From: Saprolegnia diclina VS20 | Lineage: Eukaryota | Assembly (NCBI RefSeq): GCF_000281045.1 | Contig: NW_008246080.1 | Coordinates: 790,122-823,876, forward strand | Direction: 5' to 3' | Length of the DNA: 33,755 nt | In this document: positions 1-11,472 of the stretch, piece after piece | Position numbering within the stretch: the stretch's first letter is position 1 | How the letters are laid out: every line of letters starts with the position of its first letter | The notes under the pieces: model-generated | Database searches by the model: none | The model's input: the letters and a program-made list of their open reading frames with translations, nothing else | What the model was told of the DNA's origin: nothing | Program-made: the position numbers and the translations under genes

Positions 1-36
1 AGGGAAAGAGTATAGATAGGGTGTACTTGGTCAACA

Positions 37-2804
37 CTAAGTGTACCGGCGTCGCTTTGGTGTCGAGACACAGCTCTCCGTCTCATCCTCGTCCTCGTCC
101 TCGTCATCCCCGTCCACCGACTTGTCTTCAGGAATCGAATCCTGCAGCGACGGCAACGATAGCCGTACGCCGTTGGTGTTGACGGCGCGATTGATGAGCG
201 CAAGATCCTACGTGGACGTGCGTCAACCTCGATCTTATTCGCATCGTAGTCCCGTACCCGCGCGGGGCTCTCGCCAAACGCATAGAGCGCATGTGTCCGA
301 GGTGTGAGCGCGGTGCGCGGCTGGCGGATCTGCCGCAACGGCGATATGTACACGTTGCTGCTGAGCACGCGCTTGGGCGACGACCGCTGCGACGGCCGGG
401 GCAGCGACTGGATCTCGGCGAGCGACTGGATCTCCACTTTTGGAGCGGGCGCATTGCTGCCGTGCGTGTGCAGCAGTCGCTCGACGGCAGTCGTCGCCGC
501 CTCGGCAATCACCTCATTGTCCGAGACGCCAACGTTCGGGAGGTGCTGAACAAACGGTGTGACCGCGTCGGCCGCGGCTTCTTGGCGGTCGTGCAGCTGA
601 AACTGCAGCAGAAAAGCCTTGAGCGTTGGGATGAAGCACCGGTTGTAAAACTTGATCACGTCGCCTTTGACCGCCGGCTTGTCGAGCGGGATCTCACGGA
701 CGATCGAGGCCTTGGCCGACGACGGGTACGTGCGCTTGTACGCGTCGAGCACGCGCTTGAACGTAACCTCGGGCGCCACGTGGTTGACCTTGCACACGCC
801 GTAAAAGCTGCATAAAATCACATGGTCCAAATGGCGATCGCGGAGAAGCTCGGCGTGGTTCGAGATGCACTCTTTGACGCTTGTCCAGATCTGGTTCAGA
901 TACATTGCGTCGAGCTTGAGGTGCTGGCCGAGCGCGTAGATGCGGTTGGCGGCGAGCGCGAGCACTTTGCGAAAAAACAACTGCAGCATGCAAAACCGAG
1001 CCGGCGTCGCCTCGTCCGTCGCCAGCAGCGTGTACAAGCCCGACTGGCTCTGCCACACGAGCGAGTCCAGCACCGTTTGCTCGAGGTCCCGCATGTGGCG
1101 CTTGAGCTCGCTGGGCAACGACGGCGCGCGCTTGACAAAGCTCTCGAGGATCTTGCCAAAGTCAAACGCCGAGACGTCGCACGTCGCGAGGATATGCGGA
1201 AACGCCAGCGTCACCAGACTGTGCGCCTTGAGCACGACCTCCATGCTGCATGCAAACAGCGCCTTGTGAAACGCTGTGTTGGTGAGGAGCGACGAAAAGT
1301 CGGTCGTGTGAAGCCGATCGGCCTCGGCGTCCAAAAGCGACTCGAGCACGCGGTAGTAGAGACCGACCCCCATCGTCTTGGTCTTGCCGAGACTGCCTTC
1401 GACCTGGGATGGCGGCGGCTGGTTGGCGCCGAGCGGCAACAGAAGCCGCGTCGACGGACGGTGCAGCGTGCCGACCTTGGTTGAGAGGTCGGCAATGAGC
1501 GAGAGCACTGAGTCTTTGGCTGTCGGCGCTTGCGTGCACCCGCCAAAGTACGCCAGCAGCTTCTCCGACGGCTGCGCGGGCAGCGACGCAAGCGTGTGGC
1601 GGATCCAGTTGTTGGTCTCGACAGCGGCCGTCACGGGCGTCTGGAGCACGCTCGGCGACCGCTTTGGGAGCAGTACGCTCGGCGACTTGGTCGCGGACCC
1701 GGGCGCCTTGGTCGGTGGCACTTGGCCTTGCCACTGCCACGCTTGCTCAAACGACGACGAGTTCTGTCCCAATGGCGCAAAGGGCGCGGGCGTCGGCTCA
1801 ACTTGGGGCGGCGGCGGCCCGATGAGCGACGCCTTGAGCGCTGGATCGACAAAGATCGCCTCGTCGAGGTCGTAGACGCGCAAAACGTATGTTGTGTGGT
1901 AGTGGGCGTCGAGCTTGGCGACGTTCTCGGGAAGAAGCGCGTCGCTAAACATGGAGCTGCCCATCGCATACGTTTCGGTGGCCGCCGACGCAAGGACGCC
2001 GGCGTCTTCGAGGCTCTGCATCTCTTTCTCGAGCTTGGCCATGGCGCGCTCGACGTCCACGCGGTTGACGTGCGGCTTGGCGCAGAGCTTTTCGAGGATG
2101 TTGTGTGGCGACTGCCCGTGCGGACTGCCGAGCGAGCTCAAGGCGGCGGCGATCTCGGCCTCGACGCTGCGCACGTGGACCTTGGAGATGACGAGCTGCA
2201 AGACGGCGAGGAGCAGATAGTAGAGGTCGCCGAGGCCTGCGTTGGACATATGCAAACGGGATCGAACAATGAGGAAGAGCAGCCACCCGGCCTTGAAGAG
2301 GTGCGCTTTGCGCGGGCTGGGCTCGGCCGAGACAAAGGTGGACCAGAGCTGGTCGTACTTTGTAAACAAGATGGACGCGATCGTCAGTCGCTCCTTGAGC
2401 ACGTTGGCGCGCGTGAGCAGATCCGGGCTCAGGTCCAGGATGAGCATGTTAAAGAGACCCGTAAAGCTCGAGAGGAACGCGCTAAGGCCGACGTGGCATG
2501 CGCTGAGGAGGTCGCGCAGCGTGATGCGTGTGGGCGCGAGGTCGGGGCCACCGTTCTCACGGTCACGCTCGCGCTCGAGCTCGATGCCACTCAAGATGGC
2601 GAAGAGCGAGGCCATGACCCACATGTTGTTGGCGGCTCGCGGCTTGGCGTCGTCGTCGTCCTGCGCTTGCTGCGTCTGGTGCATATGTTCTTGCTGGGCG
2701 ACGGACGCCATGACGACGTCGAGCAGCTTCTGCGCGCGGGCGAGATGGGCGGCGTCCATGCGCGGGAGCACGGGCCCGAGGCCGTCGAGGTCCTGGAGGC
2801 GCAT
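37..2804 (-). CDS. RBR: Retinoblastoma-related pocket protein (~905 aa); exons 2804-258 and 207-37
   Basis: Manual minus-strand translation from gccaccATG (2804). N-domain FKAGWLLFL; pocket A TPVTAAVETNNWI...LYYRVLESLL...FHKALFACSMEVV...AFDFGKILESFV...LKRHMRDLEQTVLDSLVW; pocket B LFFRKVLALAANRI...DRHLDHVILCSFYGVCKV...DVIKFYN; C-terminal NVYISPLR/LTPRT/GESPAR. A 50-nt GT..AG intron (257-208) restores DLALINRAV, an acidic tract and TPKRRRYT*. Absent from the ORF track because the unspliced frame has no stop before the window edge. Confidence 0.93.
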
Positions 2805-3577
2805 GGTGGCTGACCGCAGAATATGCAGTTGAACGAAGAACCGTCGGCGGTGATTGGCTGAAATAAAAGAAAAGACGAGGGAAATCCACCGACTAATCGC
2901 ACGCAACTGCACTCCCGCCTTTGCACCAAGCAGCCGAGCAAGACGCAGACAAGGTACGCACTTGGCTCGCGCCCTACGCGCAGCGTTCATGTGACATAGC
3001 ACCACCACGTCTAGCCCAAAGGCTAGGTCTACGCCACGGAACTTCTCGTCCACAGTGGCACAGTGCACGTGCTCTACTATCGCACTCTCAAGCGCCTGGT
3101 CTACGCACACTGGCGTAGCATCTGCGCATGACCGCCAATGCGAAGCGACATGCCTGCATGGCATCGAACGACCTCTAGCACCCGGACCGACTGCGTGAGC
3201 GCTCAATCTGAAGCGTTTTCAGATCTGAACGGTTCAGATCTGAAAACACTAGGCGAAGCCAGTCCATTTCTCGCCAGGCTCGGGTCCCAGCACCAACAAC
3301 GTACGCATCGACCGTTCAACACTGCGCAAGAGTGGCCTCCTTCTTCGTTGCATGCAGCATACGGCGCTCATGCTCTCAGCCATGCCTGGCTCGAGCGCGC
3401 CAAGTTGCGTGCGATTAACCTGTGCGAGCCCATTATCCGGCATCATCCGGAAAAGATCCGACGGGCGCGATTGGCGGAATTGGAATTGAAATTTCAAACG
3501 CGCCGCCTCTTGGGATTTGTATACCATACAAACGGCGAGCTTAAAACCCAAGCCGTCGTGGCATAATCCAAGCTGGC
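2805..3577. promoter_or_regulatory. Shared (divergent) promoter region of RBR and kinesin-12
   Basis: 773 bp between divergent ATGs. ATTGG/CCAAT at 2853-2857 and 3470-3474; E2F-like TTGGCGGAA 3471-3479; minus-strand GGCGG-cgcg-TTTGAA (CDE/CHR-like) 3507-3493; AACGG at 3228-3232 and 3531-3535. Confidence 0.55.
3215..3247. repeat. Perfect 33-bp palindrome (16-bp arms, 1-nt centre)
   Basis: GTTTTCAGATCTGAAC-G-GTTCAGATCTGAAAAC; each arm contains the self-complementary 12-mer TTCAGATCTGAA. Confidence 0.95.
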
Positions 3578-6500
3578 ATGGCGGAGAACGTCCAGGTCTT
3601 TTGCCGCGTCCGGCCGCCCAACTCGCGCGAGATGATGGGCGGCGCGGCCCGGCGCTGCGTGAGCGCCGACGCCGTCGAGGGCCAGAGCCTCGTGCTGGCC
3701 TCGTCGATGGCGAAGAAGGAGGCGCCCCGCAACTTCTACTTTGACCGCGTCTTTGGCGAGCGTAGCACGCAGGAGCAAGTGTTTGACGTCATTGGCCGCC
3801 CGATCACGACCGCGTGCCTTGAAGGCTACAATGGCACGATCTTCGCCTATGGCCAAACGGGCAGCGGCAAGACGTTCACGATGCTGGGCGAAGAAGACCA
3901 GCGTGGTCGGCCCAACGTCAACAAGGGCCTCGTGCCACGCGTGCTCGAGTACCTCTTTGAGAAGCGCGACGTGCGCGATGCGAGCTCCGAGTTTGAGGCC
4001 ACGTCGACGATCGAGTACAAGTACATTTGCTCGTTCCTCGAGATCTACAACGAGCGCGTCTTTGACTTGCTCGACGGCTCGACGTCCGAGGCCGGCTTGA
4101 ATTTGCGCGAGAACCACGTCAAGGGCGTCTTTGTCGAAGGCCTCAAAGAAGCGACCGTCGAGAACGCGCAGCAGGCGACTGAGCTCATGACGATCGGCAC
4201 GCAGAACCGCCACGTCGGCCACACAAGCATGAACCGCGAGAGCTCGCGCAGCCATAGTGTCTTCATCTTGCAGATCCACTCGAAAGAAACGACGGCAAGC
4301 GGCCTCATCAAGAAGCGCCAAGCCCGCTTCAACCTTGTGGATTTGGCCGGGTCGGAGCGCCAAAAGAGCACGGAAGCCGCCGGCGATCGACTCAAGGAGG
4401 CCGGCAACATCAACAAGTCGCTCTCGGCGCTCGGCAATGTCATCATGGCGCTCTCCGAGCAAGCTGTCGGCAAGACCCGCCACGGTACATTTACATATTT
4501 GTCTCGAATTTTGCCCGAAATTTTGCCCATTTTTGAAAATTTACGTATTTAGTGCACTACCGGGACTCGAAGCTGACGTACCTTCTCAAGGACTCGCTCG
4601 GCGGCAACTCCAAGACGTTCATGATCGCGGCCATCAGCCCGGCCGAAGACTGCATGAGCGAGACGCACTCGACGCTCAAGTTTGCGCAGCGCGCCAAGAT
4701 GATCAAGAACAACGCGTTCATCAACGAAGACACGAGCGGCAACATCTTCCTGCTGCAAGAAGAGATCAAGCGTCTCCGGCTCCAGCTCCAGCAAGCCGGT
4801 GACCCTGGCTCCAACAATGTGCACCATGAGCGCGGGTCATTGGCCATGGCGTCGTCGCTCCCACCGCTCTACAATCCATTCTCCGAGCTCAACGACAACC
4901 CTTTGCCGTCGGACTGCGACCCGGCGGTGGACACGCGCTTCCGCGAACTCGAGAATACACTGTCCAACATTGTCGACGAGCACTCGAGTCAGAAGCGGTC
5001 GCTCGAAGTACTTCAACTGCGCGAGTCGCACTATCGTGAGCTCTGCGCGCAACTCAAGCGCAAGGGCCTCCATCTGCGCTTTCTGCTCAAACTCAAAGCC
5101 GACAAGGAGACGAACGTCGAGCACATTGAGCGCATTCAGCAAGAACTCGAGTACAACCCGAGCGTCGACGCGATCGAGTGGCGGCTCAAGTACGACGAGA
5201 TCGAACGGCTCTACATGGACCTCCAGGAAGACGTCGCGGCGCACACGCCGTCGCAAAACGCCGACGAAGTCATGCGGCTGCAGCACATGCATTTTGAAGT
5301 CGCCAAGCAGCTCTCGCTTGTCATCAAGGACAAGCACGCACTCCAAGTGCGCATCGGCGGCAGCGTTCTCGATGAGCGAATGGACGCCGAGCCAAGTCTC
5401 GAGTGGGAGGCCAAGGTGGCGCAAGCGCAGGCGCTGCAGAGCCTCGCCGAAGACGAACGCGCCAAGACCATGCTCGAGACGCTCATGCTCCGGGAAAAAG
5501 TCCGCAGCCACGAGACGAAGCTCGCGCTCCAGCAGGATTTGCTCTCGGACTTTGAGCACCAGATTCGCGTACTCCAAGAGGTCCACATGGCCGAACGTAC
5601 GAGTCGGGAGGCGGCGTCGTCGGCGCAACAACGCGCGCACGACGACGCCCTCCATGCGCTCCAGACGCAACATTTGGCGTGCGAGTATGCGATGACGACG
5701 ATGCGCCAGCAACTGAGCGGCGCCGAGGCGCAAGCGGCGCAGTGGGCCGAGCGGGAAGCGCACTGGGCTACCCAGGTCGCGACCGCCGAAGGCAATATCC
5801 GCGACCTCACGGCGCAGGTCCGCACGTTCTCGGAAGAGTCGCACGACATGCACGAGAAGGTCCAAGCCGCCGCCGCGCGCGAGACGACGCTGCAGGCAAC
5901 CGTCGCGGCGCTCCAAGTGTCGTTGCAAGCGCACGCAGCCGCCAGCGACCACGCAACGGCCTCGTTGGAAGCCCAAGTGCACGAACTCACGGCGCGCATT
6001 GACGAGCTCATGCGCATCAAGACGGACCTGGAGGCGACCGCGCATGCGAGTATCGAGGCGCTGGAAGCCAAAGAAGACGCGTACCAAGCGACGCTCGGCG
6101 CGGTCGAGCAGCTCACGTTTGACTTGGCCGAGACCAAGGCCGCCCACGACGCCCACGCGGCGGAGAGTGCGGATGCCCTGGCCGCCGAGCTTACTCATCG
6201 CGAGACCGAGGTCGCTGCCATGACGGCAGCAATCAACGAGCTCCACACCAAGCTCGCTTCGGCCAACGAAGGGCTTGCGGACCTCGTCGCGCAGGTGGCC
6301 GCGCTGGAAGCTGCCAAAGCTGACGTCGAGGCAGCGCTGAAAGAGTGGCAACTGCAAGCGGCGGATGCCGAGACCACTGTCGCCTCGCTACGTGATGAGC
6401 TTGAGGCCAAGGACGACGCGCTGCAGGCGACCATTGGCGACGTCGAGCGGCTAACGCACGAGCTCGCGCAAGCGGCCGTCGCCCACGGCACGGTCGAAGC

Positions 6501-8034
6501 AAACCTCGTCGCAGAGCAAACCGACAAGGCAGCGCAAGTGACGGCGCTCCAGGCGATGCTCGACGCCAAGGTCCGCGAACGCGATGCACTGCAAGAGGAC
6601 AAGGTCGCGCTGGAGGCGGCAATGGCCGAGCTCTCGGCTGCCCGCGCTGCCGACGCGGCCGCGTTTGAAGCCAAGCTCACCGAGACCCGCGAGGCCAGTG
6701 ACGTGCAAGAAGACAAGCTCCAAGCGGCGCTCGGTGACATTGAGCGCCTCCAGTACGAAGCATCCGAAGCTTCCAAGCTCTACGCGGCGCTTCAGGCATC
6801 GTACGACGCGATGACTGCGGAGAAGACGGCCCTCGAGGCGTCGGTGGCGGCGCTGCAGATGCACGTGCGCGACCTAGAGACGTCCAAGGCGTCGCTGGAG
6901 ACGGCGTTGGCCTCGTCGACGACGGCGGCAGCTGCGGATCGCGCGTCGTTCGAATCGCAGCTCGAGACGGCGTCTGCCGAGCAGGCGGCGCTGGCGCAAG
7001 AGCACCGGGAGGCCATTGCGGCGGTCGAAGCCTTGCTCGAAAGCGCCCGCAGTGACCTCGATGCCAAGGAAGATGCGCTGCAAGAGGTCCTTGGCAACGT
7101 CGAACGGCTCGAGTTTGAGCTCGAAACGATGAGCGAAGCGCGGACGGCGGTCGAGAAGGACCTCGCGACGACGCAGATGACGCTCGAAGCGACGGTCGCT
7201 GCCATGGCGGCCAAGGAAGCCGACCTCGCGGCCGTGCGGTCGGCGCTCGAAGACGCGCAAGGCGAAACGATTGTCGTCAACAACCTCTTGCAGCAGTCGC
7301 ACGATGAAAAGAGCGCGCTCAAGACGCAGTCGAGTGCGCGGGAGGAAGCGCTGGTCGCCGACGTTGCCGCGCTAACGGCCAAGGTGGCCGACGCGAATAC
7401 GTACAACGATGTGCTGCGGTCGACGCTGCAGCTCGACAAGGACGAGTTCACAGCCCAGATCAAGACACTCGAAGAGTCGTTGGCGGCCGCAACGGCCAAG
7501 GTGCCGCCGCTGGTGGCCGAGGTCGCCGCACTCAAAAAGGAGGCCGAGGCGAGCTCGGCGAGCGGTCTCGCAGCGCTCAAGGACAAGCTGCGCGAGGACA
7601 CGGCCAAGCTCGCGGCCGACCGGAAGCACTGGAAGTACAAGAACGAATCGCTCATGCTCAAGGCGATCGAGAACGAATATGCGATGAACCAAGCGAAACG
7701 TGAGAACGAGCGACTGCTTGAGGACATGGCCGAGCTGCACGCCCGGCTCGACGCTCTCAACGATGAGAAGGACAAGCTTGTGGGCCACCACAATGCGAAG
7801 CAGAAGATCCAGCACCACGCCAAGATGAAGGAAGACGTCAACCGTCTCCAGGCCGAGCTCCGCGCGGCGACTGATGAGAACTTCAAGCTCAAGAAGCGCA
7901 TCGAGAAGCTTGAGGTGCTTGTCGCACCGGATACGGACATGGCCGCCGCGCTCGGGAGTCCGCTCAAGCGGCAAAAGTCCCTCAACATGATGCCCGCCGA
8001 GTCGCCCATGCGTGGCAAGCGGCCGCGTCCCTAG
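3578..8034 (+). CDS. KIF15: Kinesin-12 (KIF15/KLP2-like) mitotic motor; exons 3578-4484 and 4553-8034
   Basis: N-terminal motor domain with RVRP, IFAYGQTGSGKTFTM (P-loop), NRESSRSH (switch I) and LVDLAGSE (switch II). The 68-nt intron 4485-4552 joins RH-V-HYRDSKLTYLLKDSLGGNSKT. Long coiled coil; C-terminal LVGHHNAKQKIQHHAKMKE resembles the KIF15/HMMR C-terminal motif. Confidence 0.9.
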
Positions 8035-8317
8035 TCGCGTCGTCTTTGAATCTTTGCCTCTAATATCTATATCTCGTTCCTGGCTTGCGTGGTAGAGCAT
8101 TACGCACTAGCATGTCGTCAGGTGGTAGAGCTCGTCGTCTTGATCCGCGTACCCCGCATGTCGCAGGAGACAACCCTAGCCCTCGAGCAGGACGGTGCCA
8201 AGCAGGGGTGCCCAGCAGGGGTGCCAAGGACGCCACCTCGTCTCGACTGAAGTTCGCAGCAACCCGGCGGCCCCTCGCAGCATCGACAGCACCGACGTGG
8301 ACATGGAGAGACAAATC

Positions 8318-10236
8318 CTATTCGTCGGCGATCCGGACCGCCTCGGGTAAGAGCTCCTGTAGCCTATGCTCAACGGCGCTGGCATCGATGCGGCGCGTCG
8401 GGTCGGACGCCGTGCAGGCTGCAATCAAGGCCGGCACATCGAGCTCGAGACGGTGCATGAGGCGGCCGAGCTGGTAGACATCGGAGGCTGGTGTCGCTTG
8501 CGCGCCATATTGCACCTCGGGTGCGACATCGTCATGCACACTCTGCAGCACGGGCGACGCGCCGACGCGGTGGCCAAAGGCAAAGCCCGAGAGCTTGACG
8601 TCCCAGTTGGCCGCGAGCAAAATGTAAGGTGGCGTCAAAGCGTTGTGAACGATGGGCGGGTCGTGCTGGTGGAGGTAGGCGACCGCCGTCGCCACGTCCT
8701 TGACGATCCGCAGTTTGACGAGCGAGTCAAGCGGTGCCGAGCGAGCGAGGACTCTCTCGAGCGACCCGAGCTGCGTGTACTCGAGGACGATGGCCATCTC
8801 GACGAGCCGCGGCGACGCCACAAACCCGACCAGATGCACAATGTGCTCGTGCTCGAGAGCCGAGAGCAGGACGACCTCGCGCACGGTCGCGGTGACGGCC
8901 GCCGTGTCGGCCGCGACCTTGATGCACACTTTGGTCTGCACGTGCGCACCAAGGTAGAGCACTTGGCCGTCGATCGTGGCTTGGAGGCGAAGCTTCTTGA
9001 TGTGAGCGTGCTCGAGCTTGAAGCGTGCGACGTCGGGTGACCGGAGAGGGCACGTGACACTGGCGTCGCCGGCGAGCGGCGGACAGTACTCGGTCGGGAG
9101 GTCTTCCATCATCGAGTACGCCGAGCTGGCGCATGTGACGATGCTGTCGCGCATGTTTGGGCGGTTGAAGAGTCGCTTGAGGAGGTACATGTAGAGCACG
9201 GCGAGGAAGGCAAAGCCGCCAAAAATGAGAATGATTTTGCTGTAGAGCGCTACAGCGTTGCGCATGAAAATCGAGTCAGGGCGAGAATCGAAGCCACGTA
9301 CAGCCGGGCGGGACACCGCTCGATCCGTTGTCCGTCGAGAGCGAGTCGGTGACGCACACGACCGCTTGATTCTGGAGGAGCTTGGCGATCCCAAAGCACA
9401 CATTCGTCGGCTTTGGAGTTGCATCGAGCACAAGGTGCGGCAGCGCGCTCAGCTGCGTGTACGTCTCCAGCGTGACATCAAAGGTAGAGATGGGGTTGCC
9501 CGAGAGGTCCCTAGAGGCCGTAGACGTCAGGAGACTGCGTCATGCGAGGCGAGCGACATACAAAGAGACGAGGGAGGCGGGAAACGTTGGGTTATTGATC
9601 GATGTGATGAGGTTGTTGCGGAGCGATCTAGTCAGGAAGTTAGTGCAGCATAACAAGCCCGATGGCGACAGAGTGGTGAGGTTGCCAAAGCTCGTGACAA
9701 AGGCGAGCGAGCTCACGAGGTTGGCACTGAGGTCCCTACCACCCAACAATGACGATCTTGGTGCGAGGCCAATGACATTGTACAAGGTGCGCAGCCCCGC
9801 CAGGTACCGCAGTGTCGCAAGAGACCCGAGCTTGTTGTTGCTCACGTTCCTAGCCCAAAACAGCATGAGCGACGTCGTGGCGGCGCAGCATACAAGGTGG
9901 TCAACGCGGGGGTGCGTAGCGCACTCAGATCTGCGATTTGGTTGACCGACAGATCGCTACGCATATCGATCGATATCCGAGTACTGAGATGTAGAAGGTG
10001 GACGCTTACACGTCCGTGGCGCTCGGTGGCAGTGACACGACATCCGAGATGAGCAAACCGCTAGCGAGAAGCGTGTTGTAATTGACCGTCAAGAGCATGG
10101 TGCCGGTCTCGTTGCCCGAGATGACGCACGGCTGCGACGACGGCGTGTTCCGAGGGCAGCTTGCGTAGAGCGATGCGCCTGCAGAGACCATGCCAATGGC
10201 ATACTGCGCGAGGGCAAGCACCAGCGATGCTCGCAT
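8318..10236 (-). CDS. LRR receptor-like pseudokinase, copy A (~542 aa, 7 exons)
   Basis: Exons 10236-10010, 9956-9894, 9849-9784, 9735-9670, 9627-9562, 9510-9302, 9249-8318; all GT-AG and frame-consistent. Signal peptide MRASLVLALAQYAIGMVSAG; Cys cap LYASCP..PC; LRRs DLSVNQI, NVSNNKL, DLSANLV, SLRNNLI, DLSGNPI; TM IILIFGGFAFLAVLYMYLL; TKL-type kinase fold with VCIK, LHQHDPPIVHNAL, KLSGF, APE, SDVYQLG. Confidence 0.85.
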
Positions 10237-11472
10237 GGAGAGGACGCAGGAAGACGGCGAATGCGGTGGCCTTGTTCGTGACGCCTGTCTGATCTTAAGA
10301 TTGCACTTTCTAACGGAACCCCTCAGATTCGATGCGCGGATCCCTTTCATGGGTGGCACTGGAAACACCCAACAGCCGCTGCCCATCCATCGATCGACCA
10401 AGGCTTGCACCCCGTAGCAGTCGTAGTAGCATGAGGAGAAGGGCAATATCAATATACGCTCATTTGCCGGTAGTAGCATGAGGAGCACGAGGTTGGCTGC
10501 CAGTAGCTAGGAAAGACTGCGTAACACCTGCACCATTCGTGCAAGCGTTTGTGATGGATTCTGTGCAAGGTTGCTGAGGCGTGCTTTAGGTAGCCGCCGT
10601 GCGCTGCCACCTTGGCCGCTCAATGCTCCTTGGCGATTGAGGGCGCCAACTGGGACCTCTTTGACGACGAGCCCATACGAGTCTGCTATGTCCGTACGAC
10701 AAGAACCAGAGTCGGTTCTAACTCACAACGGCTCTGGACCTCTATGAAAGGTGATTCGGGCGCTGGACACCAAATGTGTTGCTCACAACCTGATGCTTTG
10801 CTGCGCACTGTCGTCGAAGCCATGAAGCAGCAGAGCGCCCTCGCGCCGAGCATAAAAGCACCAGGTTCAACGACAGGAAGGGTTGGGTGTTTTCAGTAGC
10901 CTGGCGTGCCTCGTACTCTTATAATGGATATACTTTCAAATAACATTATGAAAGATTGCCATTCGTATCATTTTCTGTGCATATAATACCTGTCACAAAT
11001 GATATTGCACTACACCCACACCACGTCGGCACCAAGTTGAAGCTGGAAGCGACCAAAGGGTGCCCTGGGTGACTCGGTCATCTCTATATGCCTCAGCGCA
11101 TCGTGTCGCAACAGCGACGCCCGATGGAGGCGCCACCAATACACCTCAACCCTCAGTTCTTACTCGGTTCTTATTGGTCTTGACCGTTCAAAACGCATCT
11201 TGGCATGGCCACCCGTACGTTGCAAGCACGGGGGGCTCCACGCCGAATCGCTCAACCGCGCGCTCGAGCAAGTACATGCGTACGCCGCAGCGCGATCCAA
11301 GGTCAAGCTCGACATAGCCAAGAAGGTTGACCTTGCGAGGGGGGCGTGTTGGAAATCACACAGCGGCAACTGATGTGGACAAACTGAACCACACACTAAT
11401 CTAGGTACAGATTACCCATGGTCGAGCATACATAACGAACAATATCACTTTCACATTTGCACACATCTCCAC

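Noticed and set aside
1..257. Unspliced read-through of the RBR frame to the window edge
   Set aside because: The 50-nt GT-AG intron restores the family-like SPARDLALIN, an acidic tail, an NLS-like KRRR and a stop; the read-through peptide looks non-coding.
41..2832. Many plus-strand ORFs (e.g. 1530-2813, 427 aa; 822-1484) over the RBR gene
   Set aside because: Antisense shadows of a GC3-rich coding strand; the minus frame carries unmistakable RB pocket motifs.
4837..8100. Long minus-strand ORFs (506, 408, 308 aa) opposite the kinesin
   Set aside because: Shadow ORFs from codon bias in the Ala/Glu/Leu-rich coiled coil; no recognisable motifs.
10600..11400. Short ORFs in the A-B spacer as a seventh receptor or a transposon gene
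   Set aside because: No LRR, TM, kinase or transposase motifs found by eye in the frames examined.
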